DNA of 64,000 nucleotides from an uncultured Spirochaetota bacterium (GTDB lineage Bacteria > Spirochaetota > Brevinematia > Brevinematales > JAOACQ01). Every line of letters starts with the position of its first letter. The first letter of the stretch is position 1. Shown piece after piece: positions 61,006 to 64,000 of this stretch. The notes beneath the pieces are model-generated. The model made no database searches and was not told the origin of the DNA. It saw nothing but the letters and a program-made list of their open reading frames with translations. Position numbers and translations under genes: made by a program. The DNA is taken from the NCBI GenBank assembly GCA_963835575.1, contig CAWIGG010000003.1, forward strand, positions 32,001 through 96,000. The letters are read 5' to 3'.

Positions 61006-62655
61006 ATGCAGGAAATCATGATTAATATCAGCAGCCTCACTCTGGCTTTCGGAAAGAAAACCCTTTTCAAGAATGTGACCCTCCGCTTCAACCCGGGGAA
61101 TACCTATGGATTGATAGGCGCGAACGGTTCGGGAAAATCGACGTTCCTCAAGGTATTATCGGGCGAGATCGAACCGAATGAGGGTATTGTATTGTTCGGC
61201 AGGAACCAGCGTATCGCGATGCTTGAGCAAAACCAGTTCAAGTATGACGAATTCCCCGTTCTGGACACCGTGATCATGGGTTATAAAAACCTTTATGATG
61301 TATTGAAAGAAAGGAATACACTTTACGCGAAACCGGATTTTTCGGAAGTGGACGGGCACAAGGCTTCCGATCTGGAAGAAGCATTCGGCAGAATGAACGG
61401 TTATGAGGCCGAGACGGATGCCGCGGTCCTCCTCAGCGGCCTGGGTATCGGCGAGGAATTCCACTCCAAGAAAATGAAGGAACTGGAAGGCGGTGAAAAG
61501 GTCCGCGTACTGCTGGCCCAGGTATTGTTCGGAAACCCGGAGATCCTTCTGCTCGATGAGCCGACAAACCACCTCGACATCGAATCCATCACATGGCTCG
61601 AGAATTTTCTTTATAATTTCAACAACACCGTGATTGTGGTTTCACATGACCGGCATTTTATCAATAAAGTCTGTACCCACATCGCGGACATCGATTTCGG
61701 AACGATTAAGATCTATACCGGGAACTATGATTTCTGGGCCCAGGCCAGCCAGCTTTCCCTGCAGCAGAAAAAAGAAGAGAATAAAAAGAAAGAAGAGATC
61801 GCGAAAGACCTTCAGGCTTTCATAGCCCGCTTCAGCGCGAACGCTTCCAAGTCCAAACAGGCCACTTCAAGGAAAAAACTCCTGGAAAAGCTCACTATCG
61901 ATGAGATCCCGGTTTCATCACGGCGTTTTCCTTATGTCGCTTTTAAGCCGGAGCGCGAATGCGGAGCGAAGGTCCTTTCACTCAGCGGCCTCTGCAAAAC
62001 CATCGACGGGACATTGCTTCTCAAAGATTTCAGCCTTACCGTGAACCGGGGCGATAAAATCGCCTTTTTCGGCCAGAATAACCTTGTTAAAACAACCCTT
62101 TTCCGGATCATCATGGAAGAGTTAAAACCGGACGGCGGAACGGTCAAATGGGGCGAGACCATCAAACCCGCCTATTTCCCGAAGGAAAACAGCGCCTATT
62201 TCACGGACGAGGTCAACCTGATCGAATGGCTCCGCCAGAACACAAAAGTCAGGGATGAAAGCTCCATCCGCGGATTCCTCGGGCGCATGCTTTTTTCCGG
62301 GGATGAATCGCTCAAGAAGGTGACGGCGCTCTCCGGAGGCGAAAAGGTCCGCTGCATGCTCGCCAAAATGATGCTTCACAATCCCAATGCGCTGGTGATG
62401 GACGAACCGACCAGCCACCTCGACCTCGAGTCCATTACCGCTCTCAATAACGGGCTGACCGGTTTTTCCGGCGTTATCCTGCTTTCTTCGCATGACCATG
62501 AACTCCTCTCATCGGTCGCCAACCGGATTATCGAGATCACGCCGTCGGGAGTCATCGACCGTGTTATGCCGTTCGAAGAGTATATTGAAAACAAGGATGT
62601 CCTGACGCTCCGGGACAAAATGTACCATGGCCACCGTAGATTGAGCCTGGATTGA
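61006..62655 (+). CDS. ABC-F family ATPase (YbiT/YkpA-like)
   Basis: GANGSGKST, LLDEPTNHLD, SHDRHF, ARFSANASKSKQATSR linker, LSGGEKVR; no TM segments. Confidence 0.93.
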   Translation: MQEIMINISSLTLAFGKKTLFKNVTLRFNPGNTYGLIGANGSGKSTFLKVLSGEIEPNEGIVLFGRNQRIAMLEQNQFKYDEFPVLDTVIMGYKNLYDVLKERNTLYAKPDFSEVDGHKASDLEEAFGRMNGYEAETDAAVLLSGLGIGEEFHSKKMKELEGGEKVRVLLAQVLFGNPEILLLDEPTNHLDIESITWLENFLYNFNNTVIVVSHDRHFINKVCTHIADIDFGTIKIYTGNYDFWAQASQLSLQQKKEENKKKEEIAKDLQAFIARFSANASKSKQATSRKKLLEKLTIDEIPVSSRRFPYVAFKPERECGAKVLSLSGLCKTIDGTLLLKDFSLTVNRGDKIAFFGQNNLVKTTLFRIIMEELKPDGGTVKWGETIKPAYFPKENSAYFTDEVNLIEWLRQNTKVRDESSIRGFLGRMLFSGDESLKKVTALSGGEKVRCMLAKMMLHNPNALVMDEPTSHLDLESITALNNGLTGFSGVILLSSHDHELLSSVANRIIEITPSGVIDRVMPFEEYIENKDVLTLRDKMYHGHRRLSLD

Positions 62656-62705
62656 CGCTGGATGTCTCCCGGCATTGATTTACTGAAACTAAGAATTTCC
62701 ACACA

Positions 62706-62860
62706 AAGTCCGTCAATTGCGAGCACCCTATTCTATCCTTCGGCGAATGCTCTCGCGCGAAGCAATCTGTCAATTCATTAAGTATCTTATTTGCAGACAG
62801 ATTGCTTTGCTTTATAGTCAGCGGCAGAGAAGATAGCATGACGCTCGCAATGACGGCTTC
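62706..62860. repeat. GTCATTGCGAG palindromic element, copy 3
   Basis: CCGTCAATTGCGAGC..GCGAAGCAATCTGTC..GACAGATTGCTTTGC..GCTCGCAATGACGGCTT. Confidence 0.9.
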
Positions 62861-62903
62861 AGATACAAATGTAAGAATGGTTTTAAATTGAATATAAGTT
62901 TCT

Positions 62904-64000
62904 CTAAATTATCCCAAGCGATTTATGCTTTTCAAGGATCTGTTCCGCAAGCTTGTCCAGCGCATTAAAATCGGCTTCCTTTGGATAGCCTTTAGCGATG
63001 ACAGGCGGAATGACCTCGGCTTTGAGGTTATACAGCATCGCCTGGATCTGCTCGACCATTTTTCCGCCCCAGCCGTACGAGCCGATGATGGACACGAATT
63101 TCGTTTTCGGCCTGAGAAGATTATAGAGATAAACGGCATAGGCCGCGGCCGGATGCATGCCGCCCAATACCTGCGGCGCTCCGACGACGACAGTCGCGGC
63201 GTCTGTGACGGCCATGGCCAGTCTGCCCACATCCGTTACCGTCAGGTTAAAGGGCATAACTTCAATGCCCCTTTCCATCAAAGCATCGATAAAATAATCC
63301 GCCATAGCCTGAACGCTCCCATGCATGGAAACATAGGGCAGGACAACCTTGTTGATCACTTTTTCAGATGTCCAATCCTTATAGCAGTTGATAATGAACT
63401 GAGGATTGGAATAAACGGGGCCATGGCTCGGCGCTATCATTTTAATATCAAGCGCTAGTATCTTCTCAAAATTACCGGCAATATTTGACCGGAAGGGATA
63501 CATGATCTCCGAAAAATACCGGAAAGCCGGCTCTTTTATTTCATCCTCTCTTTCCTTATTTATAAACAGCCTGCTGTCGGCCGTGTGAGAGCCGAACAGG
63601 TCGCAGCTGAAAAGTATTTTGTCTTCCCGGAGGTATGTGAACATTGTCTCCGGCCAGTGGACCCATGGGAAAATAATAAACTCAAGAGTTTTATTCCCTA
63701 GCGGCAGGGTCTGCCTGTCTTCAATAACCATAAACTTATCTTCCGGGATCAGCAGAAGGTCCATCAGAAAAGCTTTGCACTTCGCGTTTGTCACAAGCTT
63801 TGAACCGGGGAAAAGGGACAGCATCTGCGGCAGGCTTCCCGAATGGTCCTGTTCGGCATGATTGGAAATAATGTAATCAAGTTTCTCAATTTTAAGCTTT
63901 TTCAGATTCGCCGTTAATTCCTGCAGTGTTTTAGGGTCCGCCGTATCGATCAGGGCCGTCTTCTCGCTTCCTTTGATCAGATACGCGTTATAGCTTGTCC
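62904..64000 (-). CDS. fprA: Flavodiiron protein FprA (5' end outside the window)
   Basis: Open frame to the edge: TSYNAYLI..LIDT..NHAEQDHSG, HWPETM, SCDLFG, PSHG, YVSMHG, GSYGWG. Confidence 0.95.
   Translation of the reverse strand, partial: TSYNAYLIKGSEKTALIDTADPKTLQELTANLKKLKIEKLDYIISNHAEQDHSGSLPQMLSLFPGSKLVTNAKCKAFLMDLLLIPEDKFMVIEDRQTLPLGNKTLEFIIFPWVHWPETMFTYLREDKILFSCDLFGSHTADSRLFINKEREDEIKEPAFRYFSEIMYPFRSNIAGNFEKILALDIKMIAPSHGPVYSNPQFIINCYKDWTSEKVINKVVLPYVSMHGSVQAMADYFIDALMERGIEVMPFNLTVTDVGRLAMAVTDAATVVVGAPQVLGGMHPAAAYAVYLYNLLRPKTKFVSIIGSYGWGGKMVEQIQAMLYNLKAEVIPPVIAKGYPKEADFNALDKLAEQILEKHKSLGII

Overview
Bacterial chromosomal window, probably from an anaerobe (rubrerythrin, desulfoferrodoxin, FprA). 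A spirochaete origin is only my inference, from the many TPR proteins and lipoproteins and an M18 aminopeptidase. The housekeeping backbone comprises uvrC, nadC, tmRNA, split transketolase, tsaE, mtnP, pgi, pyk, dus, pdxJ, ispD, secG, apt, rsmE, hisE and an ABC-F ATPase. Accessory modules are a PadR/EFR1-ferredoxin operon, an RLAN/ATP-grasp/GNAT cassette, two ECF sigma loci, an MNT-HEPN toxin-antitoxin pair, an IS1182 and an IS1380. The most striking non-coding signal is a set of at least seven families of intergenic palindromic elements, often nested, including 9-bp-periodic hairpins; one of these holds the IS1182 at its centre. Other highlights: a shared ECF-type promoter motif linking a sigma factor to an ABC exporter, a 35-bp direct repeat bracketing a methyltransferase, two membrane TPR proteins with degenerate Mrr-like nuclease domains, and a desulforedoxin-like mini-protein with an extra Cys/His/acidic tail. 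Five single-base frameshifts at short base runs look like sequencing errors. All calls are by eye, with no database searches run.
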